DNA of 64,000 nt from positions 830 through 64,829 of the forward strand of contig CALBWF010000043.1 in assembly GCA_937969265.1 (NCBI GenBank), written 5' to 3'. A program made the position numbers and the translations under genes. Shown piece after piece: positions 51,777 to 60,309 of the stretch (within the stretch, counting starts at the first letter, position 1; every line of letters starts with the position of its first letter). Below the pieces are notes generated by a model. It saw only the letters and a program-made list of their open reading frames with translations. It was not told where the DNA came from and did not search any database. This DNA comes from an uncultured Porphyromonadaceae bacterium. GTDB taxonomy: Bacteria > Bacteroidota > Bacteroidia > Bacteroidales > Muribaculaceae.

Positions 51777-52760
51777 ATGACCAACAACACCGACAACAGC
51801 CGGCGAGCGATGCTGATTATAAACCCCATTTCCGGTACCGGCTCGAAAGAGGGGGTCGAGGAACTCGCGCGCAAGCGCCTGGGGGAGGTCGGAATCGAGG
51901 TCGAGACGCGGTTCACCGGGGCGCGGGGCGACGCGACGCGCATCGCGTCGGAGGCCACGACCCGCGGCTTCCGGTCGGTGCTTGCCTGCGGGGGTGACGG
52001 AACTATCAACGAGACGGCGCGGGCCCTCTGCGGAACCCAGACGATTCTCGGAATCCTCCCCGCCGGGTCGGGCAACGGGCTGGCGCGGCATGTCGGGGTG
52101 CCGGTCGACATCGCGAAGGCGCTCGACATTATCGCCGATGGGAACGTGATGCAGGCCGACTACGGCACGACGAACGGCAATCCCTTCTTCTGCACTTTCG
52201 GCCTCGGTTTCGACGCCGCAGTCTCCCACCGGTTCGCTCGCCAGAGCCGCCGAGGAGTGCTGAGCTACATCAAAAGCACCCTTGAGGAATACCTGCGCTT
52301 CCGCCCGCAGACCTATACCATCTCTGCCAACGGCAAACTGCTGACCGAGAAAGCCTTCCTGATCGCGGTATGCAACGCCTCGCAGTGGGGCAACAACGCG
52401 TATATCGCCCCGGACGCGAGCATAACTGACGGATTGCTCGACATCGTTGTCGTCCATTCGGGCACGCCGATTGACGCCGCCGTGATGGGGATGGACATTT
52501 TTACGGGGTTTATCAGCAAGAACACGATGGTGCGCGCCTTCCGTGCCCCGGCCGCGGTAATCTACCGCAACGCTCCGGGTGAGGCGCATATCGACGGGGA
52601 GCCGGTGTCGATGGGTGACATACTCGACGTGAAATGCCACCGCCGGGCGCTGCGCATCTTCGCGCCGCACGACCGGGGTCACTTCCGCCCGTTGATTACC
52701 CCCGTCAGCGAGATGGTGCGCGACCTGCGCCTCCACTTCAACCACCGCTTCCGCGGGTGA
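51777..52760 (+). CDS. Diacylglycerol/lipid kinase family protein (YegS/BmrU-like)
   Basis: DAGK catalytic motif VLACGGDGTINE. 327 aa. Confidence 0.85.
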   Translation: MTNNTDNSRRAMLIINPISGTGSKEGVEELARKRLGEVGIEVETRFTGARGDATRIASEATTRGFRSVLACGGDGTINETARALCGTQTILGILPAGSGNGLARHVGVPVDIAKALDIIADGNVMQADYGTTNGNPFFCTFGLGFDAAVSHRFARQSRRGVLSYIKSTLEEYLRFRPQTYTISANGKLLTEKAFLIAVCNASQWGNNAYIAPDASITDGLLDIVVVHSGTPIDAAVMGMDIFTGFISKNTMVRAFRAPAAVIYRNAPGEAHIDGEPVSMGDILDVKCHRRALRIFAPHDRGHFRPLITPVSEMVRDLRLHFNHRFRG

Positions 52761-52860
52761 AAACCATCGAATTACCGGGTCTATAACAAAGTTTAATGTT
52801 TACCCCCCACGATGGTAGCGATTCTCAATATTTGTTGAGGGAAATGTTGGGGAAATGTGT

Positions 52861-52868
52861 TAACTTTG
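52861..52868 (+). promoter_or_regulatory. Bacteroidota -7 promoter box TAACTTTG
   Basis: Exact consensus 76 nt upstream of the small ORF at 52944. Confidence 0.45.
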
Positions 52869-52943
52869 CGGCGGAATCAATACAATGGTAAATAACCATC
52901 GGGTATTGACATTAACCGTCCACACCTAATTCACCGATACGTT

Positions 52944-53027
52944 ATGCTAAGAGGAGTTATAGCTTTCGTCAAGGCAGTGCTCGCGCTCGTGGCGTCGCTG
53001 CTCGGCGCGACCGTACAGTTCGTATAA
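52944..53027 (+). CDS. Candidate 27-aa hydrophobic peptide (MLRGVIAFVKAVLALVASLLGATVQFV)
   Basis: Hand translation. Bracketed by a consensus promoter box and a terminator. Coding status unproven. Confidence 0.3.
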   Translation: MLRGVIAFVKAVLALVASLLGATVQFV

Positions 53028-53050
53028 CCAATCATACACTTTTGCTTGGA

Positions 53051-53089
53051 CCCACCCCTCGCAGCGACTGCCGGGGGGTGTGTTTTTTT
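53051..53089 (+). terminator. Rho-independent terminator of the mini-transcript
   Basis: Stem CACCCC / GGGGTG around a GC-rich loop, followed by a T7 run. Confidence 0.6.
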
Positions 53090-53241
53090 ATCGTGTTTAC
53101 GGGGTAAATTTGACTATCGGCGTTTTTTTGAGAGAGGAAACGCAATGTTTTAGGGATTAATGTGTTAAATTCGCCGCATGGAAAACCCATACATCGGAAT
53201 CCTTAATTTATAATACCAAACTACCAATCTATTTCACACCT

Positions 53242-56200
53242 ATGACAAGGACTTTTATGAAAGTTGTCCTGGTACTTGCGTGCCTGCTGGGAATCCCGGT
53301 GGCCCGTGCCGAGTTCCGGGATATCAGGATTGACCTGACCAACGGCAATCTTCTCGAGAGCGCCGAAAAGCCTGCGGAGAACAGCCCGATGGTTTCGTTC
53401 GGGGTCGCCGTGGCGGCTGACGGTTCCGTCAGCCGTGTAGCCGCGGACGACGCGTCCGCGGCGATTGTGCTTAACGGCCAGTACCATTCCAATGAACACG
53501 GCTGGGGCAATTTCAGCTCTACCGTCAAGGTCGACGGACCCGTCAGAATCTCCATGGGCACCTGCGCCTGGGGCGGCGACGTGACCGTCAAGAACGCCGC
53601 CGGAGAGACGGTAGCTACCTTCAACACCAACACCGGTGTCTGCTACCATCAGAACAAGGCGGAAAACATCGCGTCGACCATCTACAAGGGTGACGCCGCG
53701 ACGCTGACAATCAGCGGCGGCTCATATACCCCGTATGTCGCGGTCGAGGCGGTAGATCCCTCGGAGCTTGTAGAGGATGTGACCGTCAGCTATTCTCTCG
53801 GCGAGAGTGGCGCGGTCGCTACCCTTCTGCCCGCTGACGAGACCGTCGAAAAGGGCGCTACGGTCACTATCCCGGCCAACAAGACTGTCTATCTCGCAGG
53901 CAAGACGCTTACGGGCTGGACCGACGGGACGAACACCTATCCTGTCGGCTCGACCGTGACGGCAAGCGAGAATCTCACACTCACGCCGGTTTTCGCCGAC
54001 AACACCGTTTCGCTGGCCGACCGCACGGAGGCGCTGACCCTTCGCTGGGACTTCCAGCGCTGCAACGGCGCGCCCTCTACCGGCGGCATCCAGAACAAGG
54101 ACGGGCTCGTATGGGTGACCCAGGCTGTGATCGGGGGTGAGACAATCGACGTCGCGCTCCCCTTCTCGACAACCAACGGGGGCAAGTTCGCCAACGCGAG
54201 CTGGACCGACTGGGCGCAGCTCAACGCCGGAACCGTCTTCCAGGTACCCTCCTGCAAGGGCGCCGTGGTTTCCCTCGAGTCTTACAGCCCGACCACTACC
54301 ACCACTATCGACGGCCAGGTAATCAACCAGGGGCTGAACACCGCCACGTTTACCTGCGCCTCGGCAACCGACCCCGTGGAGGTTGTGATCGGCGACGGCA
54401 GCTACTTCCGCTATATCCAGGTGATGCTGCCTGTCGTGGCGGCTCCCAATCCCGGCGGCGAGACCTTCACCGACGCTCCGGCATCGGTAGTCTGGGCGTT
54501 CAACTCCGCCAATTATATGGAGGATGTTACAGCCACCCCCGAGAATGGCTTCTCTGTCAAGGCTTTCGACCTGGGCAACTGCGCGTTCAAGGGTGTTGAC
54601 CACACGACTATGTGTCCCGACATCAATTTCGTGCGCATCAAGTCGACCACAGGCGAGAGCGACATTGTCACCTGGAGCGTGAAGCCGGCCAAAGGCCTGA
54701 CGTTCACCCCGACCGCTGTCAGCTTCTATATCGCCCGCAACGGTACTGACGGCGTTGAAAACGCTGTTACCGTAAGGGCCAACGTTACCGGGGGCGAGTC
54801 GGTGACCTTCGGATCCATCACCCCGCACCGCAACAACAAGACCCAGGCTGACGACAAGTTCGGCTCGAAGCCTTCATATACCACTAAATATGAGTACACC
54901 CTGACGGAGGCCCAGCAACAGGCCCTGACTTCGGGCGAAGGGTTCAACCTCGTGCTCAACAACGGTTATGGCCCGACGAAGGACTGCATGTACTCCGACG
55001 TTCAGATTCATGGCAAACTCAACGGCACGGCGCAGTCTGTCGAAATGTACACGCTCGAACTTGCCGCCAACCCTGCCGAGGGAGGAACAGTCTCTGTTTA
55101 TCCCAACGCCGCCGAGTTCGAGGCGGGAACAGAGGTCAAGCTGACCGCGGCGAAGAACTTCGGTTACGAGTTCGTCAACTGGACCGACGCGTCGGGAGCG
55201 GAGGTTTCCGCCGACGCGGAGTTCACTTACGCTGTTACCGCGAACGCTTCCCTGACGGCCAACTTCAACAAGCTGACGACCTACGAGCTTACGTTAGGGG
55301 TTTCCGGCGGAGCCAATGACTACCAGGTACAGCCCGTTCCGGAAGGAACGATGGTCGACGGCCACCGCATGTACGAGGCTGGCACGCAGGTCACCGTTAC
55401 GGCTTCCTCCAACCCCGTAGTTACCTTCGCAAGCTGGGACGACGGGCAGACCTCGAGCGAAATCCGCGTCACGATGGATTCCGACAAGGCGCTGACGGCC
55501 AACTACGACGCTAAGGACTATATCGTCGGATGGGACTTCATGCGCGCCGGGAACAACGGCCGCGTCGCCGACTTCTGCTCGGCCGACAATGACGCCGCCG
55601 CTCTCAACCTGCGCAACGCCGCTGGCGACATCCAGGGGTGGCTCGACAAGAGCCAGTTCGGAGCCGGCGGATATGAAGGACGCCCCGCCGCGGTCAACTG
55701 GCGCACCACCGGCCTTGGCGAGTATTACTGGCAGACGATGGTCAACGCCGAGGCGTTCACCGGAATCAAGGTCATCACGGCCATGGCGCTGAACTACAAC
55801 GCATATTCCCGCCAGAACGTCGAGTACTCCCTTGACGGCGAGACCTGGACAAAGGCCGGTACCGTGAACATTCAGGGCACCAAGAACTGGGCCGACGCGA
55901 CAATCTCCCTCCCCGCAGCCGCCGACAACCAGCCGACCCTCTACATACGCTGGATTTCCGACAAGACTTCCGACGTCGTAGGCACGATCTCCAACAACGA
56001 CGGTATCGCCCTCGGCGCGTCGTTCATCGTAGGCACCTCCCGCCCCGTTGACGACGGCGTGGCTCCCGTGCTCGTGTCGCAGGTACCCGAGGAAGGCTCC
56101 AACACCGCTTCCATCAACGGCAAGGTTGTGCTCACCTTTGACGAGAAGGTGAAGGTAGCCGAAGGAACCAAGGCCACTCTCGGCACCCTCGAGCTGACCC

Positions 56201-57750
56201 CCTCCGTGACCGGCAAGACGGTTATGTTTGATTACAAGAACCTCACCTACGGCACCGACTATACCTTCCGCCTCCCCGCGGGAAGCGTTTCCGACCTGGC
56301 CGGCAACGCGATGGCTACCGCTATCGAAATCAACTTCACGACCAAGACGCGTCCGGCAGTGGCCAAGGCGCTTTACGACGTGACGGTGAACACCGTCGAT
56401 GAGCTTGTGGCCGCTATCAACCAGGCTAACACCCGCACCGACAAGAGCGCCCGCTTCCGCATCTTCATCCACAACGGAGAGTACAAGCTCCCCGCGAGCG
56501 CTACCCTCACGAAGACCGGCACCGACGGAGTGGCTTATCCCGACCCCACGACTTACATCACAGCGCCCAACATCTCGTTCATCGGCGAGAGCCGCGACGG
56601 CGTGGTAATCACCAACACGGTTCCGACCAACAATGTTGCCGGCCAGAACGAGGCTTCGGCCAACCCGCTGGAAGGCATCGGCAAGGGTGACGTGCTCCGC
56701 ATTGAGAAGGACGCTGCCAACTGCTACTTCCAGAACCTGACAATCAAGAGTTCGATGGGCGACAAGAAGGGCCGCGACATCGAGGTTAACGACAATTCCG
56801 ACAAGACCGTCATGAAGGACGTATGCCTCTGGGGCTACCAGGACACATATGTCTCCAACAACCAGAAGGGCCGCTTCTACTTCGAGGGTGGCGTTCTCCG
56901 CGGCCGCACCGACTTCCTCTGCGGCAAGGGTGACGTGTTCTACAACGGAGTTACCCTCCAGATGGTTGGCGCCGGATACCTCGCCGTTCCGTCGCAGCCC
57001 AAGCAGTACGGCTACATCTTCAAGGACTGCGATATTGTCGGAGAGATTGACAAGGCCGACGGCAACACTGACCCCGACGGCAAGTATAAGCTGGGCCGCC
57101 CCTGGGGCAACGGAACGCCTATCGCCCTGTTCATCGACACGAAGATGACCGTCCGTCCCTCGGCAGTGGGATGGAACGAGATGGGCGACGGATGGCCCGC
57201 GCGCTTCGCCGAATACAACTCGGTAACCGCCTCCGGCACCGTGATTGACCTTAAGGACCGCAAGACCGACTTCAAGGGCCACGCCAACAATCCGGCCCTC
57301 ACCAAGGCCGAGGCTGAGGCACACTCGCTGGCCGTAGTGATGGGTGGCGACGATGACTGGGATCCCGCGTCGCTTGCCGAGCAGGCTCCGATACCGACCA
57401 CTGTCGTGATTGATAACGGCATCCTGACCTGGGACGACAACGCGTACGCTTCCCTCTGGGCAGTATGCGCCGACGGCAAGGTAATCGGTTTCACTACCGA
57501 GAACACCTACATGATAGAGCTGGTTGTCGGCCGCGCCACTGTCGTTTATTCCGTCCGCGCCGCCAATGAGATGGGCGGTCTGGGCGAGGCAGTTGTGGCT
57601 TCGGCTCCTTCCGACGTGATCAGCGTTGAGGCTGAGGGCATCGATGCCGCCGTCTACTACAACATGCAGGGAATCCGCGTCGAGAATCCCGCTCCGGGTG
57701 TCTACATCCGCCAGCAGGGAGGCGTGGCTACCAAGGTCGTAATCCGCTGA
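53242..57750 (+). CDS. Multidomain secreted pectinesterase (CE8) fusion protein with T9SS C-terminal sorting domain (1502 aa)
   Basis: CE8 motifs WGYQDTYV, GRTDFLCGKGDVFY and KLGRPWG in the C-terminal third. Listeria-Bacteroides-type repeats (LTGWTDGTNTYPVGSTVTASENLTLTPVF, FVNWTDASGAEVS). Ig-like SbsA-type segment. CTD VYYNMQGIRVENPAPGVYIRQQGGVATKVVIR. Confidence 0.88.
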   Translation: MTRTFMKVVLVLACLLGIPVARAEFRDIRIDLTNGNLLESAEKPAENSPMVSFGVAVAADGSVSRVAADDASAAIVLNGQYHSNEHGWGNFSSTVKVDGPVRISMGTCAWGGDVTVKNAAGETVATFNTNTGVCYHQNKAENIASTIYKGDAATLTISGGSYTPYVAVEAVDPSELVEDVTVSYSLGESGAVATLLPADETVEKGATVTIPANKTVYLAGKTLTGWTDGTNTYPVGSTVTASENLTLTPVFADNTVSLADRTEALTLRWDFQRCNGAPSTGGIQNKDGLVWVTQAVIGGETIDVALPFSTTNGGKFANASWTDWAQLNAGTVFQVPSCKGAVVSLESYSPTTTTTIDGQVINQGLNTATFTCASATDPVEVVIGDGSYFRYIQVMLPVVAAPNPGGETFTDAPASVVWAFNSANYMEDVTATPENGFSVKAFDLGNCAFKGVDHTTMCPDINFVRIKSTTGESDIVTWSVKPAKGLTFTPTAVSFYIARNGTDGVENAVTVRANVTGGESVTFGSITPHRNNKTQADDKFGSKPSYTTKYEYTLTEAQQQALTSGEGFNLVLNNGYGPTKDCMYSDVQIHGKLNGTAQSVEMYTLELAANPAEGGTVSVYPNAAEFEAGTEVKLTAAKNFGYEFVNWTDASGAEVSADAEFTYAVTANASLTANFNKLTTYELTLGVSGGANDYQVQPVPEGTMVDGHRMYEAGTQVTVTASSNPVVTFASWDDGQTSSEIRVTMDSDKALTANYDAKDYIVGWDFMRAGNNGRVADFCSADNDAAALNLRNAAGDIQGWLDKSQFGAGGYEGRPAAVNWRTTGLGEYYWQTMVNAEAFTGIKVITAMALNYNAYSRQNVEYSLDGETWTKAGTVNIQGTKNWADATISLPAAADNQPTLYIRWISDKTSDVVGTISNNDGIALGASFIVGTSRPVDDGVAPVLVSQVPEEGSNTASINGKVVLTFDEKVKVAEGTKATLGTLELTPSVTGKTVMFDYKNLTYGTDYTFRLPAGSVSDLAGNAMATAIEINFTTKTRPAVAKALYDVTVNTVDELVAAINQANTRTDKSARFRIFIHNGEYKLPASATLTKTGTDGVAYPDPTTYITAPNISFIGESRDGVVITNTVPTNNVAGQNEASANPLEGIGKGDVLRIEKDAANCYFQNLTIKSSMGDKKGRDIEVNDNSDKTVMKDVCLWGYQDTYVSNNQKGRFYFEGGVLRGRTDFLCGKGDVFYNGVTLQMVGAGYLAVPSQPKQYGYIFKDCDIVGEIDKADGNTDPDGKYKLGRPWGNGTPIALFIDTKMTVRPSAVGWNEMGDGWPARFAEYNSVTASGTVIDLKDRKTDFKGHANNPALTKAEAEAHSLAVVMGGDDDWDPASLAEQAPIPTTVVIDNGILTWDDNAYASLWAVCADGKVIGFTTENTYMIELVVGRATVVYSVRAANEMGGLGEAVVASAPSDVISVEAEGIDAAVYYNMQGIRVENPAPGVYIRQQGGVATKVVIR

Positions 57751-57816
57751 TAGCGCCCTCCCGTCCGGGTACAAAATATCCGGGTACAAAATAAGGGTGT
57801 ATCAGAATTTGATACA
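57747..57816 (+). repeat. Intergenic element E, copy 2 (starts on the stop codon, contains a 15-bp tandem duplication TCCGGGTACAAAATA x2)
   Basis: Matches 37923..37978. Confidence 0.85.
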
Positions 57817-57862
57817 TCCTCATCCTGCCCAGGAAACTATCTATAAGAAACCATCTATAATA

Positions 57863-57897
57863 GGTGGTGTGCCAGTCAAGGCACACCACCTTTTTTT
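57863..57897 (+). terminator. Rho-independent terminator after the pectinesterase gene
   Basis: 11-bp stem GGTGGTGTGCC / GGCACACCACC followed by T7. Confidence 0.8.
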
Positions 57898-58145
57898 GCT
57901 CTTCGCGGGGGGAGGAATATGCGTTTTTGAATGTATATACACTTATAATTATTCGTTATATCAGGGCTGGCGGATAGGAATGGTTTGTCGTTTTTTGGTT
58001 TTTGGTTTTGCTATTTAATGAAAAATTGCTAACTTGCGCCCGATTTCCGTCCGGCACGTGTAGCGGGCGTAACCGCGGCCTCTGCTGAGAGAGGGCCGTA
58101 GTCTTTCAATATCTATCGAATCAAAATAACCAAACTGACCATTTT

Positions 58146-60275
58146 ATGAGAAAAGTTTACTCTTTGCTGCTTTTGGCGGCGACGGGCTTTGCCGGTTTTA
58201 CCGGGGAGGCCAAGACTTTCACAATCAGTGTCGATAACCCCGACGCTGTCGTTGTGCGCGATCCCTCCAACGGCTACAACCCTATTGATTTCAGCGCAGG
58301 GAACAGCCAGACAATCACAGTTGACGATTCTGCTTATTCCCTTCCTGTTTCAGCCAACAGCGGCTTCCTGATTTCCTCGGTAAAGGACGCCGCGGGGACG
58401 AGCGTCGTCGACAGCTATCCGACCCTTCCGGCCGACAACGCCCAGATCGTGGTGTCGATGGTGAGCGACGGGACTACCGTGACCATCGCGACGGAGGAGA
58501 AGAAGGCGAAGGTTTTCACATTTATCGGGAATCCCGAGCATGTGAGAATCAATATGGACTATTCCGACCTGACGGCTGTCGACGGCCAATGGGTCATTAC
58601 CCCCGGCGACTATTCCTATATCAATATTTACGCCAACACCGGGTACATCCTGCGCGGCATTACCGATGAGGGAGGGAACTTCACCCCGGCCTACGGAGGC
58701 AACCTCCAGATTTACGCCGGAAGCTATACGGCGAGCCAGACCTTCACAATCAACTCCTGCTCCGAGGCGGAGGTGCGCACTGCCGGCTTCACTGTCGAGG
58801 TCGAGGGGAATCCCGGCGATGTCTCGCTGCAGCGCAATTCCGACAACGCTCAGATTTCTCTTTCCGAAGCATCAACCCGGATAGCTTTCGACCCGGCGAA
58901 CGAGACGCAGTGGACTCTTACCCACGCTGTTTACGGGAAAGTGCTCTGTTCTGTCTCGGTCGGTGAGACTCCGGCGGTGCTGGAAGGGAACCGCTACTCT
59001 GTAACCGTCAGCGACGGCGCGGTAGTAAAGGTGAAGACCGATTTTCCCGACAAGAATGTGCCGGTAAACATCTCGTTCACCAACCCCGGTACCGAGGGAG
59101 TGGTTTCCGGCGTCCGGGTCAATGGTTCCAATGTCAGCGGCTGGAATGAGAGCGGTTTCTCGGTGAAGCTCGGCTCCAGCCTGTCAATCGAGGCGAATAT
59201 GACTGATTTCGAGAATGTCAGCGCGACCCTTAACGGCCAGCCTCTCGGCTATCCCTCCTATTCGGCAACAGTGACTTCGGAAGAGGCCCTTAACTTCGTG
59301 TTCACCGCGACAAAGGCGGCTCCCATGCATCTGACGGTCGAGGCCGTGAACCCCCAGGGAATCCGGGTCGAGAAGGGCTACACCGGAGAGGCGTACGAGC
59401 TTACCGGCGAGCTTACCGAGCTTGAGATTCCGAAGAGCCAGCCCTACGTGCTTGTAAAGGCCGTCGACGGCTACCTCATTTCCGCGATCGAGGATGCCAA
59501 CGGCAATACCTATTCCTCGAATTACGGCATCTATGTTACCGACGGCATGACGCTGACAATCGTCGCCGAGGAGTTCAACCGCGACAACAAGCTGACCCTC
59601 TACGTCGGCGACGACTCCTGGCAGTACCGCAGCTTCACCCTCTCCGACGGCAAGGAGACCCGCGTACTGTATTCCGACAGCCAGCTTCCCGTCGGTTACA
59701 GCGAGCTTGCCTTCTCCGCCCTGGACCTCCCGTTCAAGATGAGCGGCTACCCGGCTCTCTACGCGTACCATAACGGCGAAAAGGTCGAGGCTCCCATGTA
59801 CAGCGAGCCGGCAATCAATAGTGCCGCAGACGGGGATGTCGTCAAGTTGTTCGCGTCAGAGCCGGAGACTTACAGCGTCACCTATACTATCGCCGACGGA
59901 GTGGAGGTAGAGGTGCGCCACGACCGCACCCTGGTCATAGAGAATCCTTCGGTAAATACCGTCGTCGGCCCTACTGAGGTGCATATCGTGCCCGCCGCAG
60001 CGGCCACACGCGCGGCGGGTGTGCCCCTGGTTGTCAAGGTCAACGAGCTGGCGCTGGAGGCCGACGAGGATGGGAAGTATGTAGCCACCATCACCGGCGA
60101 TTCGACTGTCAAGGTAGACATTGACACTACTTCCGGTATCGACGCGGGCGCCGCGGACTCTCAGGAAGCTGCCCGCGTCTATAACCTGCAGGGAATCAGC
60201 GTCGGCACTTCCGGCGACGGACGCCAGCTTCCCGCCGGAGTCTATATCGTCGGAGGCAAGAAGGTGCGTCTCTGA
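58146..60275 (+). CDS. Hypothetical secreted protein with T9SS C-terminal sorting domain (709 aa)
   Basis: Signal peptide MRKVYSLLLLAATGFAGF. CTD ARVYNLQGISVGTSGDGRQLPAGVYIVGGKKVRL. No catalytic motif recognised. Confidence 0.8.
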   Translation: MRKVYSLLLLAATGFAGFTGEAKTFTISVDNPDAVVVRDPSNGYNPIDFSAGNSQTITVDDSAYSLPVSANSGFLISSVKDAAGTSVVDSYPTLPADNAQIVVSMVSDGTTVTIATEEKKAKVFTFIGNPEHVRINMDYSDLTAVDGQWVITPGDYSYINIYANTGYILRGITDEGGNFTPAYGGNLQIYAGSYTASQTFTINSCSEAEVRTAGFTVEVEGNPGDVSLQRNSDNAQISLSEASTRIAFDPANETQWTLTHAVYGKVLCSVSVGETPAVLEGNRYSVTVSDGAVVKVKTDFPDKNVPVNISFTNPGTEGVVSGVRVNGSNVSGWNESGFSVKLGSSLSIEANMTDFENVSATLNGQPLGYPSYSATVTSEEALNFVFTATKAAPMHLTVEAVNPQGIRVEKGYTGEAYELTGELTELEIPKSQPYVLVKAVDGYLISAIEDANGNTYSSNYGIYVTDGMTLTIVAEEFNRDNKLTLYVGDDSWQYRSFTLSDGKETRVLYSDSQLPVGYSELAFSALDLPFKMSGYPALYAYHNGEKVEAPMYSEPAINSAADGDVVKLFASEPETYSVTYTIADGVEVEVRHDRTLVIENPSVNTVVGPTEVHIVPAAAATRAAGVPLVVKVNELALEADEDGKYVATITGDSTVKVDIDTTSGIDAGAADSQEAARVYNLQGISVGTSGDGRQLPAGVYIVGGKKVRL

Positions 60276-60309
60276 CCCGCGTAAGGAATAGAACCGAAGA
60301 GAATCAGAT

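Noticed and set aside
51558-57789. Antisense ORFs 51558..52745, 53722..54828, 55294..57789 and, further right, 59856..60821 and 60352..61392
   Set aside because: They lie opposite clearly assignable genes (lipid kinase, pectinesterase fusion, T9SS protein, S8 peptidase). No motifs were recognised and the composition is the GC-driven artefact type.
57797-58018. 73-aa ORF in the intergenic region after the pectinesterase gene
   Set aside because: It reads straight through a strong rho-independent terminator (57863..57897) and has an implausible composition.
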